A stretch of 64,000 bases of DNA from a virus (IMGVR_UViG_3300028454_001166:1-64000), one strand, 5' to 3'; positions 1 to 8,923 are shown, counted from the stretch's first letter. Notes: generated by a model from the sequence alone, not told the origin. Made by a program: numbers and translations.

Positions 1-807
1 TCACCCCCGGAATCCCCGCCAATGGTTTCGGTTTGTCAGGAAGCGGTCGGCAAGCAGGATCAGCGGGTAGAGAAAGAGGCGGGCACTTCCTCGTCCCCAC
101 CGGCTGTAGACCTTGAGCGGCGCTTCGTCCATGTCTATCGTCTGCTCCATGATCTGCACGAAGCCATAGCGCCCGAGGGCTGTAAGCTCCCGCTCCGTTT
201 CCTCCACGCTCAGCCCGCATTTCTTTGCGAGGGAGGCCGAGGTAAAGGCGGGGGGCTGCAGCTTGTCCGCAGGGCTTTCCGTCTCGATCAACACCCGCAC
301 AATATGGCGGAAGGTGGGGCGGGCAAGGGTGGCGAAGAAGTCGTCGAGCAGATCCTTGTCGAGCAGGGGAAGAACATCCTCATCCTTTTCATGCGATACG
401 CAGGCGAAATCCCGCCACAAAAGCACGGAGGCTCCCGAATCCGCCGCGACGCCCGAGTTCGTTTGGCCGTTTTCCCGGATCGCCCGGATCATGTCCGCCG
501 GAGCCGTGTTGTCCGACGAATCGGAGCACCAGCATTCCGCGTAGGTTTTGAGCAGGGCGTCGAAACACAGTTCGGGGAATTCCTCGAAGGAAACGTCTTT
601 TCTCCGTCCCTCCCGTCCGAACAGCCCGTCGATGGACGTCCCGAACACATCCGCCAGCACGGGGAGCAGGGAAATGTCCGGAGCCGTGTTGCTGTTCTCC
701 CATTTGCTTACGGTCTGCGCGGACACGCCGATGGTCTCCCCGAGCGCCTCCTGCGTCAGTCCCTTCTCCCGCCTCAGCTCCGCGATCCTTTCGCCGATCG
801 TCTTCAT
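1..807 (-). CDS. Host XRE-family HTH transcriptional regulator (268 aa)
   Basis: ATG at 807 with GAGG RBS; MKTIGERIAELRREKGLTQEALGETIGVSAQTVSKWE is a classic HTH_3; in frame with the upstream integrase ORF. Confidence 0.85.
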   Translation of the reverse strand: MKTIGERIAELRREKGLTQEALGETIGVSAQTVSKWENSNTAPDISLLPVLADVFGTSIDGLFGREGRRKDVSFEEFPELCFDALLKTYAECWCSDSSDNTAPADMIRAIRENGQTNSGVAADSGASVLLWRDFACVSHEKDEDVLPLLDKDLLDDFFATLARPTFRHIVRVLIETESPADKLQPPAFTSASLAKKCGLSVEETERELTALGRYGFVQIMEQTIDMDEAPLKVYSRWGRGSARLFLYPLILLADRFLTNRNHWRGFRG

Positions 808-935
808 ATCTTCAACCTCGTTCCTTTTGCGTCCGGTTTCCCGGTCTGCCTTTATTGTACCGGATCGCCGCGGAGAAATCCATCGACGAAACGGAGAGCG
901 TCTCCCGGATCCGGGGAGTTTTTGCCGGGGAAACG

Positions 936-973
936 AAAAAGGGAAGAAATCCCTGTTTCCAAGATTCCTTCCC
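936..973 (-). terminator. Intrinsic terminator just outside the prophage boundary
   Basis: Hairpin 941-973 (GGGAAGGAATCTTG-GAAA-CAGGGATTTCTTCCC on minus strand) followed by a U-tract. Confidence 0.75.
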
Positions 974-975
974 GA

Positions 976-2571
976 AGTCACTGGGAGTGACGCGCGGCAG
1001 TCGAAACATCCCCCGTTTTCAGGGACTATTGTATCGCCTTCAATCATTTCTCCGGCATCCGGTATGTCCTCGTCTTCAATTTCGTCGAGTCGAATCACTC
1101 GGCTGTCGGAGGAGTAGTTATAATTCAGAATCAGGTAATCGTCGTAAACGTAAACCGAGTTGATGAAGATTTTGATTAGCCGCTTCTGGCAGTCGTGGTC
1201 CTCGTAGTCCAAGCTCCTGAGACTATAAAGAAAAAACTCAATTTTTTCACGGGTCAGTCCGTTTTCAGCGTTAAGGTTTAGCTCCGCGAGAGAGGCCTCC
1301 AGCGCCGTTTTCTGCGCCTCTAACTCGGCCATGCGCACTTGCGTGGCCTCGCTGAAAAAGCCCGCCTCAACCGCCCGTAGAAGGTTTCTGATGGATGTCT
1401 GGACGCCGTTGATCTGCGATTGTAGCGCCCGTTGCTTAGAATCATCCCCGGCTTTGATTTTATAATACGCCCACGTCCGGTCGATCACCTCGTTCAGCAA
1501 CTCGTCGTCGTTCAGCAGGTCCAGTGTGAAGCGGACGATGAACGGTTCGATGAAGGACTGGCGTATTGCCTTGGCCTTGCAGTTGCCCCCGCGTTTGTGT
1601 TCGCGGCAGAGGTAATAGCTGTACCGACGCTGGGCGCGGCCAAACCCGCTCTCCCCGGTCATCGGGGATCCACAGCGCCCGCAGAAGATCTTGTCCGCCA
1701 GCAGGTAGTCAGTTTTATACCATGCTTTGGACGGGGTCTTCTGGTTGATGCGCATGAGGTCTTGGACTCTCTCAAAAACTTCTACACTGATTAACGGAGG
1801 GATAGCGCCCTCCGTTACTGCTTTGTCCGGGCCGTGTTCGTAAATGCCGATGTACTTTTTGTTAGATAGAATACTACGAAGGCTGTTCTTGTTGAACTCA
1901 CCGCCCTGAGCCGTGCGGACGCCTTTTTGATTCAAGTCCCGGCAGATTTCGGCGCAGGTGGCCCCGCTCAGATAGCTTTCAAAGATCCCCTGCACGATGG
2001 GAGCCGTATCCGGATCGATCTCGTAGGTTTTCTGCGGTGAGGCTCGGTATCCCAGCGGAAGTCGTCCGCCCATAATCTTCCCTTTTTTATAGTTCTCCCG
2101 GAGGCCGCGTTTCACGTTTTGAGACAGCTGGAGGCTGTAGTACTCCGCCATCCCTTCGAGCACGGATTCTAAGATCACACCTTCCGGGGATTCCGGGAGG
2201 TTTTCGGCCACATACTCCACACGGACCCCGTGACGCTTTGCGCGGTATTTATTAAAGGTGATTTCTTCGCGGTTCCGTCCGAAGCGGTCCACCTTCCAAA
2301 CAATGATCACTTGGAACTGTTTCTTGGCGCAGTCCGCCAACATCTGCTGGAAATCATCCCGGCAATCGTTCCGGCCCGTCTTAGCTCGGTCGATGTATTC
2401 GTGGATGATTGTGTATCCCTTCACCTCGGCGTAGGCGTGGGCAGCTGCAAGCTGGCCTTCGATGGATTGCTCGGTCTGGTTGTGTGAGGAGTATCGAGCA
2501 TACACTACGGCGATGTTGCCAGTGGATTCCGGGAGCTTGGACTTCTGGTTTTGATGGATGTCTACGTTCAT
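976..2571 (-). CDS. Large serine recombinase (prophage integrase); no stop codon at the att junction, 3' end approximate
   Basis: YARYSS catalytic Ser, VWKVDRFGRN, recombinase domain, CGRCG...C..C zinc ribbon, coiled coil; frame runs on to position 1. Confidence 0.92.
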
Positions 2572-2585
2572 GAAGACCTCCCGGA

Positions 2586-2969
2586 TTACTTGCTCCCGGC
2601 CTCGGCCAACAGCCCGATCATCAGGTTATCGACTCTTTCCCGGTCAACCGGGCGAAGGCGTTCATAACGGCTTATCAGCACCTTCGTGCGGATGTCCTCG
2701 TTGGACGCGGAGTACGATATGGGTGGTATTTTGTCGGTGTGGAGTTTCGAGTAGTCGGTCGGATCGTCCGTCCGGCCCAGCAGATAGTCGATGGACACGT
2801 TAAACACATCCGCGATAAGAATGAGGGTCTTGGCGTTCGGAACATAGCCGTGCTGTTTCCATTGTGTGACGTGGGCGCGTGAAATGCCAAGGGGCTTCGT
2901 GGTGCTGTCAGCTGCGGGCTTTATTCCCCGCGCTTCACACAGCGCGTTGTAACGATCAAAAAAGCTCAT
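2586..2969 (-). CDS. CI-like phage repressor (XRE HTH)
   Basis: HTH ...LGISRAHVTQWK...IADVFNVSIDYLLGRTD; divergent from cro, upstream of int. Confidence 0.85.
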   Translation of the reverse strand: MSFFDRYNALCEARGIKPAADSTTKPLGISRAHVTQWKQHGYVPNAKTLILIADVFNVSIDYLLGRTDDPTDYSKLHTDKIPPISYSASNEDIRTKVLISRYERLRPVDRERVDNLMIGLLAEAGSK

Positions 2970-3015
2970 GACAGTCTCCGGAAAAGTTTTTTAACAGGAA
3001 ATTGCCGGACCCCCC

Positions 3016-3044
3016 TTGACAAGTTAAAGTTCTTATGGTAATAT
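3016..3044 (+). promoter_or_regulatory. Early lytic sigma-A promoter (PR-like)
   Basis: TTGACA-17 bp-TAATAT with extended -10 TG; overlapped/followed by operator-like sites. Confidence 0.8.
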
Positions 3045-3051
3045 AAGGGCT

Positions 3052-3067
3052 GTAAAAGAACTTTAAC
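3052..3067. promoter_or_regulatory. Repressor operator, consensus GTTAAAG-NN-CTTTAAC (related sites 2980-2995, 3023-3038, 3157-3172, 19302-19317)
   Basis: GTAAAAGAACTTTAAC; perfect palindromic version at 19302. Confidence 0.7.
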
Positions 3068-3142
3068 TCACGCCTCTCTGGTCCCGGCTTTTGCGAGAAG
3101 CCGTCCGGAGGCGGTAAGCGGAAGGTGCGGTGAGGCAACCCC

Positions 3143-3171
3143 ATTATACCGCTAAGGTTAAAGAAATTCAA
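3143..3171 (-). promoter_or_regulatory. Repressor/integrase promoter (convergent with PR)
   Basis: TTGAAT-17 bp-TATAAT on minus strand, overlapped by operator GTTAAAGAAATTCAAC. Confidence 0.75.
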
Positions 3172-3225
3172 CCCTTTTTTACGAAATTTAGATTCTACGC
3201 CCCAAGAGCGAAAGGAGGGATGTGT

Positions 3226-3477
3226 TTGCTGCCTGATTGGATTGCCGACGTTGCGAGACGCCAGAAGCGTTCACGCATCACCGGTAAGGTCCTCGCAGAC
3301 CGATGCGGCTACTCCCCGACTTACCTGTCCATGGTTCTGTCAGGGGCAAAAGAAAGCCCTCAAGCGCGGGAGAGGATTCTCAATGCGCTTACCGATCTCG
3401 AGCTGGAGCTCGGGACCTACGAAGCGGAGGAAGCGGAAAATGGGGGTCAGGAAATCGGACGCAAGGCCGAAAATTGA
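3226..3477 (+). CDS. Cro-like HTH protein
   Basis: AGGAGG RBS then TTG; ITGKVLADRCGYSPTYLSMVLSG HTH; first gene of early operon. Confidence 0.75.
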   Translation: MLPDWIADVARRQKRSRITGKVLADRCGYSPTYLSMVLSGAKESPQARERILNALTDLELELGTYEAEEAENGGQEIGRKAEN

Positions 3478-3628
3478 CACAGCGCAAATAGAAGAGCTGG
3501 ATTGGAATGTCTTAACGTCTGCCCTTCTAACTGCGATAGAACGGTTTTACGATGATCCGGCTAACGTTGCACGTTTTAATTCGTGGAAAAAAGAAAATGG
3601 CACAAAAAAGGAGGCAAGCCATGATTGA
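3440..3628 (+). CDS. Small hypothetical phage protein
   Basis: GGAGG RBS, ATG 3440, overlaps neighbours. Confidence 0.65.
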   Translation: MGVRKSDARPKIDTAQIEELDWNVLTSALLTAIERFYDDPANVARFNSWKKENGTKKEASHD

Positions 3629-4034
3629 GGTCAAAGTCAGCATCACAGCCCCTGAGCTGTCCGAGGCGATAACGAGACTCGCCGCGGCGCTCGAAAAGCA
3701 TGGGATTTCCACGTTGCAGGATTCCATTGCGCAAAGCGCGGAACCTGTGAAAGCTCCGGAAGCACCCGCGCCGAAGACGGAGGCAACCCCGGAACCGGTA
3801 GCACCCGCCCCGGTGACGGAAACCGCTCCTGAGAAACCGAGCGTTACCTACACCCTTGACGAGCTGGGCCGGGCCGCGGCTCCGTTGGTAGATAACGGCA
3901 GGACCGCCGAGTTGATAGCCCTGCTCGAGACATTCGGTGTGAAAACGCTCATTGATCTGAAGGCATCGGACTATCCGGCGTTCGTTGCGGGATTAGCGGA
4001 TAGATTCGGCGTATCGGTTAGGGGGGCTGCGTAA
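3621..4034 (+). CDS. Conserved phage protein typically preceding DUF2800 (Pro/Ala linker, C-terminal helical domain)
   Basis: AGGAGG RBS; C-terminus LLETFGVKTLIDLKASDY; synteny. Confidence 0.75.
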   Translation: MIEVKVSITAPELSEAITRLAAALEKHGISTLQDSIAQSAEPVKAPEAPAPKTEATPEPVAPAPVTETAPEKPSVTYTLDELGRAAAPLVDNGRTAELIALLETFGVKTLIDLKASDYPAFVAGLADRFGVSVRGAA

Positions 4035-5230
4035 TGCCCCATGCGGAGCTGTGCTCCCCCTCAGCTTTTGAGCGGTGGAGCCACTGTACAGCGGCTCCCC
4101 ACTTCGAGCAGAACTTCCCTGAAGAGGCACCGAGCAGGTATGCAGAGGAGGGAACCTTAGCCCATCGTATCTGCGAACTGTACGGACGGAAAAAGTTTGA
4201 TTCCGGTTTCTCGGAAGCGGACTTTCAGGCCGGTATGGACGAGGCGAAAGCTAATCCGTTGTACGATCCGGAAATGTTGAGGACCGCGGAGTTCTACCTC
4301 CAGTACCTGAACGAGAAGTCGATTTCATTCCCGGCCAAACCCTATGTGGTTTTTGAAACCCAAGTAGATCTGAGCGAGTACATCCCGGGTTGCTTCGGAA
4401 CGTGCGACTGCATCATGATCGGCGGCGGTCGGCTCCACATAACCGACTATAAACACGGTCAGCACATTCGGGTCTCAGCTATAGGCAACGGGCAAATGCG
4501 GCTCTACGCACTCGGTGCGCTGAGACGATACGCGGCGCTGTTCGGTGGAACGATTGAACGGGTTTCTACCGCAATCGTGCAACCGAGGATCACGGACGAA
4601 ATCGTCGAAGACGATATGAGCGTAGATGAACTGCTCGGGTGGTGGGAGGAACTCAAACCGACTGCGCAGGAAGCCTACAACGGCCCGGGAACGTTCGTCC
4701 CCGGTAGTCACTGCCAGTTCTGCCGAGGGAAGAACATGTGCCGGGCACGCGCCGAGGGGGTTCTCAAAATTGAGGACTACAGGCAGAGGCCGGTAACACC
4801 TCCGAACAAGCTCCCGTCACTGACCTACGACGAGATCGCCGACATTCTCAGCCGGGGAGACGGTTTGATCGAGTGGTACAACGGTATAAAAGCCCATGCC
4901 ACTCAGCTTCTGTTACAAGGGGAGGAGATCCCCGGCTGGAAGGTCGTCGAAGGGAAGTTAGGAAACCGCTCCTTTACAAACGCGGATAAGGCGTTCGAGG
5001 TTCTCGCCGAACAAGGCGTGGAATCCGAAATGCTTTATAAGCGCGAACCGAAATCACTGGCCGAGATCGAGAAGATGGTCGGTAAGAAGAAGTTCGCAGA
5101 AATCGCGGGGCCATTCATAACCCGCGCTCCCGGAAAGCCCACGCTGGTAACAGCGGACGATCCGCGAGACAGAATCACGTCTACAGCCGCGGATGATTTC
5201 GCGGATATAGAAATACAGGAAGCATCCTGA
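4034..5230 (+). CDS. DUF2800 Cas4-like PD-(D/E)XK nuclease
   Basis: HAELCSPS..RW..C, EGTLAH, FGTCDC, ITDYKHG, QMRLYALG, CQFCR..C. Confidence 0.9.
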   Translation: MPHAELCSPSAFERWSHCTAAPHFEQNFPEEAPSRYAEEGTLAHRICELYGRKKFDSGFSEADFQAGMDEAKANPLYDPEMLRTAEFYLQYLNEKSISFPAKPYVVFETQVDLSEYIPGCFGTCDCIMIGGGRLHITDYKHGQHIRVSAIGNGQMRLYALGALRRYAALFGGTIERVSTAIVQPRITDEIVEDDMSVDELLGWWEELKPTAQEAYNGPGTFVPGSHCQFCRGKNMCRARAEGVLKIEDYRQRPVTPPNKLPSLTYDEIADILSRGDGLIEWYNGIKAHATQLLLQGEEIPGWKVVEGKLGNRSFTNADKAFEVLAEQGVESEMLYKREPKSLAEIEKMVGKKKFAEIAGPFITRAPGKPTLVTADDPRDRITSTAADDFADIEIQEAS

Positions 5231-5258
5231 AATTTGCACGGTAGAAAGGAAAACGCTT

Positions 5259-5882
5259 ATGTACGCTAACGATGCACAGAAAGTCAGAACGAGCGAGGTG
5301 CGGCTCTCCTACACGCACCTCAACGAGCCCTACGCAAACCCCACCCTCGTGGATTCCAAACCGAGGTATTCCACTTCGCTCTTGATTCCCAAGTCGGACA
5401 CGGCCCTGCTTGCCGAACTTCGCGCGGCGATCAGCGCGGCGGCGGATGCGGCCACCTCCACGGTTTGGGGCGGGTACAGACTCCCCGATGACGTGCTCTA
5501 CTCCCTTATTAAAGATGGAGACGGTGTAAAGCGCGACGGTAAGCCTTACGGCCCCGAAGCCAAGGGGTGCTGGGTGCTCTCCGCGGCGGCAACTCCCAGC
5601 CAGAAGCCCACGGTGGTTCATATCAGCAACGTGAAAACGCCGCTGGCCCCCGAGGACATCTATTCCGGGATGTACGCTCAGGTGATGCTCCGGTTTTACG
5701 GCACGGCAAAGGGCGGGAACAAGGTCTGCTGCGGGCTCGGAAACGTGTGCAAGACTCGGGATGGTGAACACCTCGATAACGGCAGAACGGACGCCAGCGA
5801 GGACTTCGCTGACATCGAAGCCGCGGTTGCGACATCGGCTCCGCAGGTGAATCCTCTGACCGGTCTTCCGATGGTAGGATAA
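5259..5882 (+). CDS. DUF2815 single-stranded DNA-binding protein
   Basis: VRLSY..L.EP, KDGD, IYSGMY, GLGNV.K..DGE, acidic tail; synteny. Confidence 0.88.
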   Translation: MYANDAQKVRTSEVRLSYTHLNEPYANPTLVDSKPRYSTSLLIPKSDTALLAELRAAISAAADAATSTVWGGYRLPDDVLYSLIKDGDGVKRDGKPYGPEAKGCWVLSAAATPSQKPTVVHISNVKTPLAPEDIYSGMYAQVMLRFYGTAKGGNKVCCGLGNVCKTRDGEHLDNGRTDASEDFADIEAAVATSAPQVNPLTGLPMVG

Positions 5883-5936
5883 CAGGCAAACGGGGGTCCC
5901 ACAGGCCCCCATTTGCATATACGAGAGGGGTTGGCT

Positions 5937-7928
5937 ATGCGACTATCAATCGACCTTGAAACCTACTCCAGCGTGGATCTTGGCGACGCGGGACTTTACA
6001 AGTATGTGGAGAGTCCGGATTTTGAAATCCTTCTTCTCGCATACGCTGTAGACGACAATCCCGTTGACATCATCGATCTCGCGCAGGGTGAAGAGGTTCC
6101 CGATTGGCTGATAAAAGCGTTGCACGACCCCTCTACCATTAAGTACGCCCACAATGCGGCCTTTGAGTTCGACTGCCTCTCCAAATACTACGGGGAAATG
6201 GTTCCCGAACAGTGGCGTTGCACGATGTTCCACGCCCTGTATTGTGGATACCCCGGAAAACTTGAAGCGGTCGGCGCGGCGGTGGGTTTCGACGAAGACA
6301 AGAAAAAGCTGGCAACGGGTAAAGAGCTGATCCGGTACTTCTGCAAGCCGGTGAACCCGACACAGAAGAACGGGGGCCGCACACGGAACTACCCTCACCA
6401 CGATCCCGCGAAGTGGAATCTGTTCAAGGAATACTGCAAGCAGGACGTGGTGGCGGAAATGGAGATCGAAAATCGGCTCTCCATACATCCGGTTCCGGAT
6501 TTCCTGCAGAAACAGTGGGAAACCGACCTTCGGATCAACCGGCGCGGTGTAGCAGTTGACCTCGATCTTACCTCGGGCGCTCAGGCAATCGACGCCAAGA
6601 TCCGCGAGAGCCTTCTGATGGAGGCCACAGAGATTTCCGGGTTGTCAAACCCAAACAGCGTGTCACAACTTGTCGGGTGGCTTAATCAAAACGGCCAAAC
6701 CGACATTACCGACCTGCGGAAGGAAACGGTCAATGACCTGCTTTCGGGGTGGAGCGGTACAGAGGAAGAGAAACGGATGCTCGAGATCCGACAGGAGCTT
6801 GGCAAGACATCCAACAAGAAGTACGACGCCATCAGCGAGTGCGTTTGCAACGATGGCCGGGTACGAGGCCTTCTCCAGTTCTACGGAGCCAACCGGACGG
6901 GCCGATGGGCTGGCCGACTGGTTCAGGTTCAGAACCTCCCGCGGACCTACATCGGGTCGCTCGACTTGGCTCGGGATCTTGTGAAAGGGCGGAAGGGCGA
7001 GGCCCTTCGAGTGATTTACGGATCGATCCCTGATACCCTTTCTCAGCTTATCCGCACGGCTTTTGTGGCATCACCCGGAAACGTGTTGATCGATGCCGAT
7101 TTCTCGGCAATCGAAGCCCGCGTGATTTCGTGGCTCGCGGGGGAGGAGTGGCGGTTGGAGATCTTCCGGACAACCGGTAAGATCTACGAGGCTTCGGCCT
7201 CCATGATCTACCACGTCCCCGTTGAAACCATAGCGAAGGGGCAACCGAACTACCACCTCCGACAGAGAGGAAAGGTGGCGGAGCTGGCTCTTGGCTATCA
7301 AGGTTCGGTAGGGGCCATGCGCAGAATGGACGCGGCTCACGCGCTCGATGACCTCTCAGACGACGATCTTTTGGGAATCGTGAAGGGATGGCGGCAGAGC
7401 AACAACAAGATCCAGCAGCTGTGGTACGACGCGGAGGGCGCGGCCATTCATACGGTCGAAACCGGAGAGGCTTCGATGGTGAAGTGCCTGACTTTCCGGA
7501 TGGAATACGACAGAGAACACGGGGGCTCGTGCCTTAGCATTGAACTGCCGTCAAAGCGGAAGTTGTTTTACAACAACCCCACGCTTACGCGGAACCGGTG
7601 GAACAAGGCGTCGCTCCAATTCTCAGGCGTAAACCAAACGACGAAAAAATGGGAGCACGCGGAAACCTACGGTGGTAAGATCATTGAGAACTGCACTCAG
7701 GCAATCGCCCGGGATTGCTTAGCCGAGGCAATTGAGCGCCTTGAGGCCGCGGGATTCCCTATCGTGTTCCACATACACGATGAAGTCGTAATTGACACGA
7801 GGCCCTTTGCGGACGATGAAAAAATGCTTCAGGCGGTGATTGACGTCATGAGACAACCGCCCGAATGGGCTCCCGGTCTTCCCTTAAACGGCGATGGCTG
7901 GGTGGGAACGTACTTCAAGAAGGATTAA
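5937..7928 (+). CDS. Family A DNA polymerase with 3'-5' exonuclease
   Basis: IDLETYS, AHNAAFE, RTGRWAGRLVQVQNLP, DFSAIEARV, RQRGKVAELALGY, HIHDEVV. Confidence 0.95.
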   Translation: MRLSIDLETYSSVDLGDAGLYKYVESPDFEILLLAYAVDDNPVDIIDLAQGEEVPDWLIKALHDPSTIKYAHNAAFEFDCLSKYYGEMVPEQWRCTMFHALYCGYPGKLEAVGAAVGFDEDKKKLATGKELIRYFCKPVNPTQKNGGRTRNYPHHDPAKWNLFKEYCKQDVVAEMEIENRLSIHPVPDFLQKQWETDLRINRRGVAVDLDLTSGAQAIDAKIRESLLMEATEISGLSNPNSVSQLVGWLNQNGQTDITDLRKETVNDLLSGWSGTEEEKRMLEIRQELGKTSNKKYDAISECVCNDGRVRGLLQFYGANRTGRWAGRLVQVQNLPRTYIGSLDLARDLVKGRKGEALRVIYGSIPDTLSQLIRTAFVASPGNVLIDADFSAIEARVISWLAGEEWRLEIFRTTGKIYEASASMIYHVPVETIAKGQPNYHLRQRGKVAELALGYQGSVGAMRRMDAAHALDDLSDDDLLGIVKGWRQSNNKIQQLWYDAEGAAIHTVETGEASMVKCLTFRMEYDREHGGSCLSIELPSKRKLFYNNPTLTRNRWNKASLQFSGVNQTTKKWEHAETYGGKIIENCTQAIARDCLAEAIERLEAAGFPIVFHIHDEVVIDTRPFADDEKMLQAVIDVMRQPPEWAPGLPLNGDGWVGTYFKKD

Positions 7929-7937
7929 GCAACATGG

Positions 7938-8014
7938 GCTGGTGTAGCTCAATTTGGCAGAGCGGGCGTCTTGTAATCGTCAGGTTTTTGCGGGTTCGAT
8001 TCCCGCCGCCAGCT
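7938..8014 (+). tRNA. tRNA-Thr(TGT), slightly atypical
   Basis: Cloverleaf GCTGGTG/CGCCAGC, loop CT-TGT-AA, T-loop TTCGATT; 8-nt variable region; no encoded CCA. Confidence 0.8.
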
Positions 8015-8017
8015 TTT

Positions 8018-8107
8018 GCCGGGGTAGCATAGTGGCCGAATGCGGCGGGCCTGAACCCCGTAGAGTGCTCGACAGAGGCTCCGTGAGTTCGAATCTCACC
8101 CCCGGCG
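8018..8107 (+). tRNA. tRNA-Ser(TGA), long variable arm, C33
   Basis: GCCGGGG/CCCCGGC acceptor, loop CC-TGA-AC, long V-arm, G73. Confidence 0.75.
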
Positions 8108-8109
8108 TC

Positions 8110-8242
8110 TTCCGGAGAAATCCGGTCGGTGCGGAGTGTCCGCGCAGCGATACCGAAATCGTGTCTTAAGCGGTGAACCGAAAATACTGTCCGGTATGAT
8201 TGGCTCGCATAGCAACCGATTAGGGCGCACAAAAATCGCTTC
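8110..8242 (+). ncRNA. Putative structured intergenic RNA
   Basis: CCGGA-GAAA-TCCGG hairpin, AGCGAT/ATCGCT and GTGTCTTAA/TTAGGGCGC nested stems. Confidence 0.35.
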
Positions 8243-8245
8243 TAT

Positions 8246-8319
8246 TCAGCCGTAGCTTTAGTAGGTCAGAGCACCGGGCCGTTAGCCCGGAGGATGCGGT
8301 TCGATTCCGCACAGCTGGC
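8246..8319 (+). tRNA. tRNA-Asn(GTT)-like, degenerate
   Basis: CCGGG-CC GTT AG-CCCGG anticodon arm, TTCGATT T-loop; C33 and acceptor mismatch. Confidence 0.65.
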
Positions 8320-8408
8320 CCTCTCTGGTATGCAGGGGGACATAAACGCATACTCGGTCGTGATGCAGGGCTGTAACGCGGGAAGGCCAACCGTGTCTGC
8401 ATCAACAA

Positions 8409-8481
8409 GGGACGTTACCTCAATTGGTAGAGACACCGGCTCATAACCGGTAAGTTGAAGGTTCGAGTCCTTCACGTCCCA
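8409..8481 (+). tRNA. tRNA-CAT (Ile2/lysidine type or elongator Met)
   Basis: GGGACGT/ACGTCCC-A, ACCGG-CT CAT AA-CCGGT, TTCGAGT. Confidence 0.85.
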
Positions 8482-8483
8482 TC

Positions 8484-8632
8484 GGCGAAGTGGCGGAAAA
8501 GGTAACGCTGATTTCACGGTGTCAAGAGGAATGCGAATAGGGGTTCGAGTCCCCCTGTCAACGGTGTTCGACTCCCGCTGGCGCATGGTGCAACAACATC
8601 CCCATGTGAGGTGCAAATCCTCACCTTCGCTG
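8484..8632 (+). ncRNA. tRNA-like RNA A (acceptor + D + T arms, ~95-nt insert instead of anticodon arm)
   Basis: GGCGAAG/CTTCGCT, TGGCGGAAAAGGTAACGC, GTGAGG-TGCAAAT-CCTCAC. Confidence 0.7.
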
Positions 8633-8637
8633 AAAAA

Positions 8638-8747
8638 TATGCGGTGGCGGAATAGGTAGACGCACATCCGGAGTTGAGCCTTTCATCGGTTAACGGTTGC
8701 TCAACTCAGAAAACCGATATGAGAGGTGCAAATCCTCTCCCGCATAA
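8638..8747 (+). ncRNA. tRNA-like RNA B
   Basis: TATGCGG/CCGCATA, TGGCGGAATAGGTAGACGC, GAGAGG-TGCAAAT-CCTCTC; insert with GAGTTGAGC/GCTCAACTC stem. Confidence 0.7.
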
Positions 8748-8752
8748 TCTGA

Positions 8753-8899
8753 ACTGGGGTGGCGGAATAGGTAGACGCAGAGACGGTCAGGTGACAGGGG
8801 TACGGATAAAAACGTAATCAGGTACTTCCCCTATGGGTTCGATTCCCTCCAATCCGGGCAGACGTCGGCCCATGTGAGGTGCAAATCCTCACCCCCGCC
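8753..8899 (+). ncRNA. tRNA-like RNA C
   Basis: TGGCGGAATAGGTAGACGC ... GTGAGG-TGCAAAT-CCTCAC; weaker acceptor stem. Confidence 0.65.
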
Positions 8900-8923
8900 T
8901 AAGTTGCAAAAATGGAGGAACAC

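Noticed and set aside
1-2571. 856-aa integrase-XRE fusion as a single evolved protein
   Set aside because: The joining segment is non-protein-like and contains a terminator, and the XRE part has its own RBS/ATG; best explained by the att junction
4034-5230. Cas4 indicating a CRISPR-Cas system
   Set aside because: DUF2800 in its usual phage context with SSB and PolA; no cas1/cas2 or array
8319-8405. Assignment to theta/HDV, pistol or twister ribozymes or a known riboswitch
   Set aside because: Could not match catalytic or ligand-binding consensus by eye; kept only as unassigned structure
8484-8899. CRISPR array or ordinary tRNA-Leu genes
   Set aside because: Repeats are split D-arm/T-arm halves with long variable structured inserts; no cas operon; no 7-nt anticodon loop
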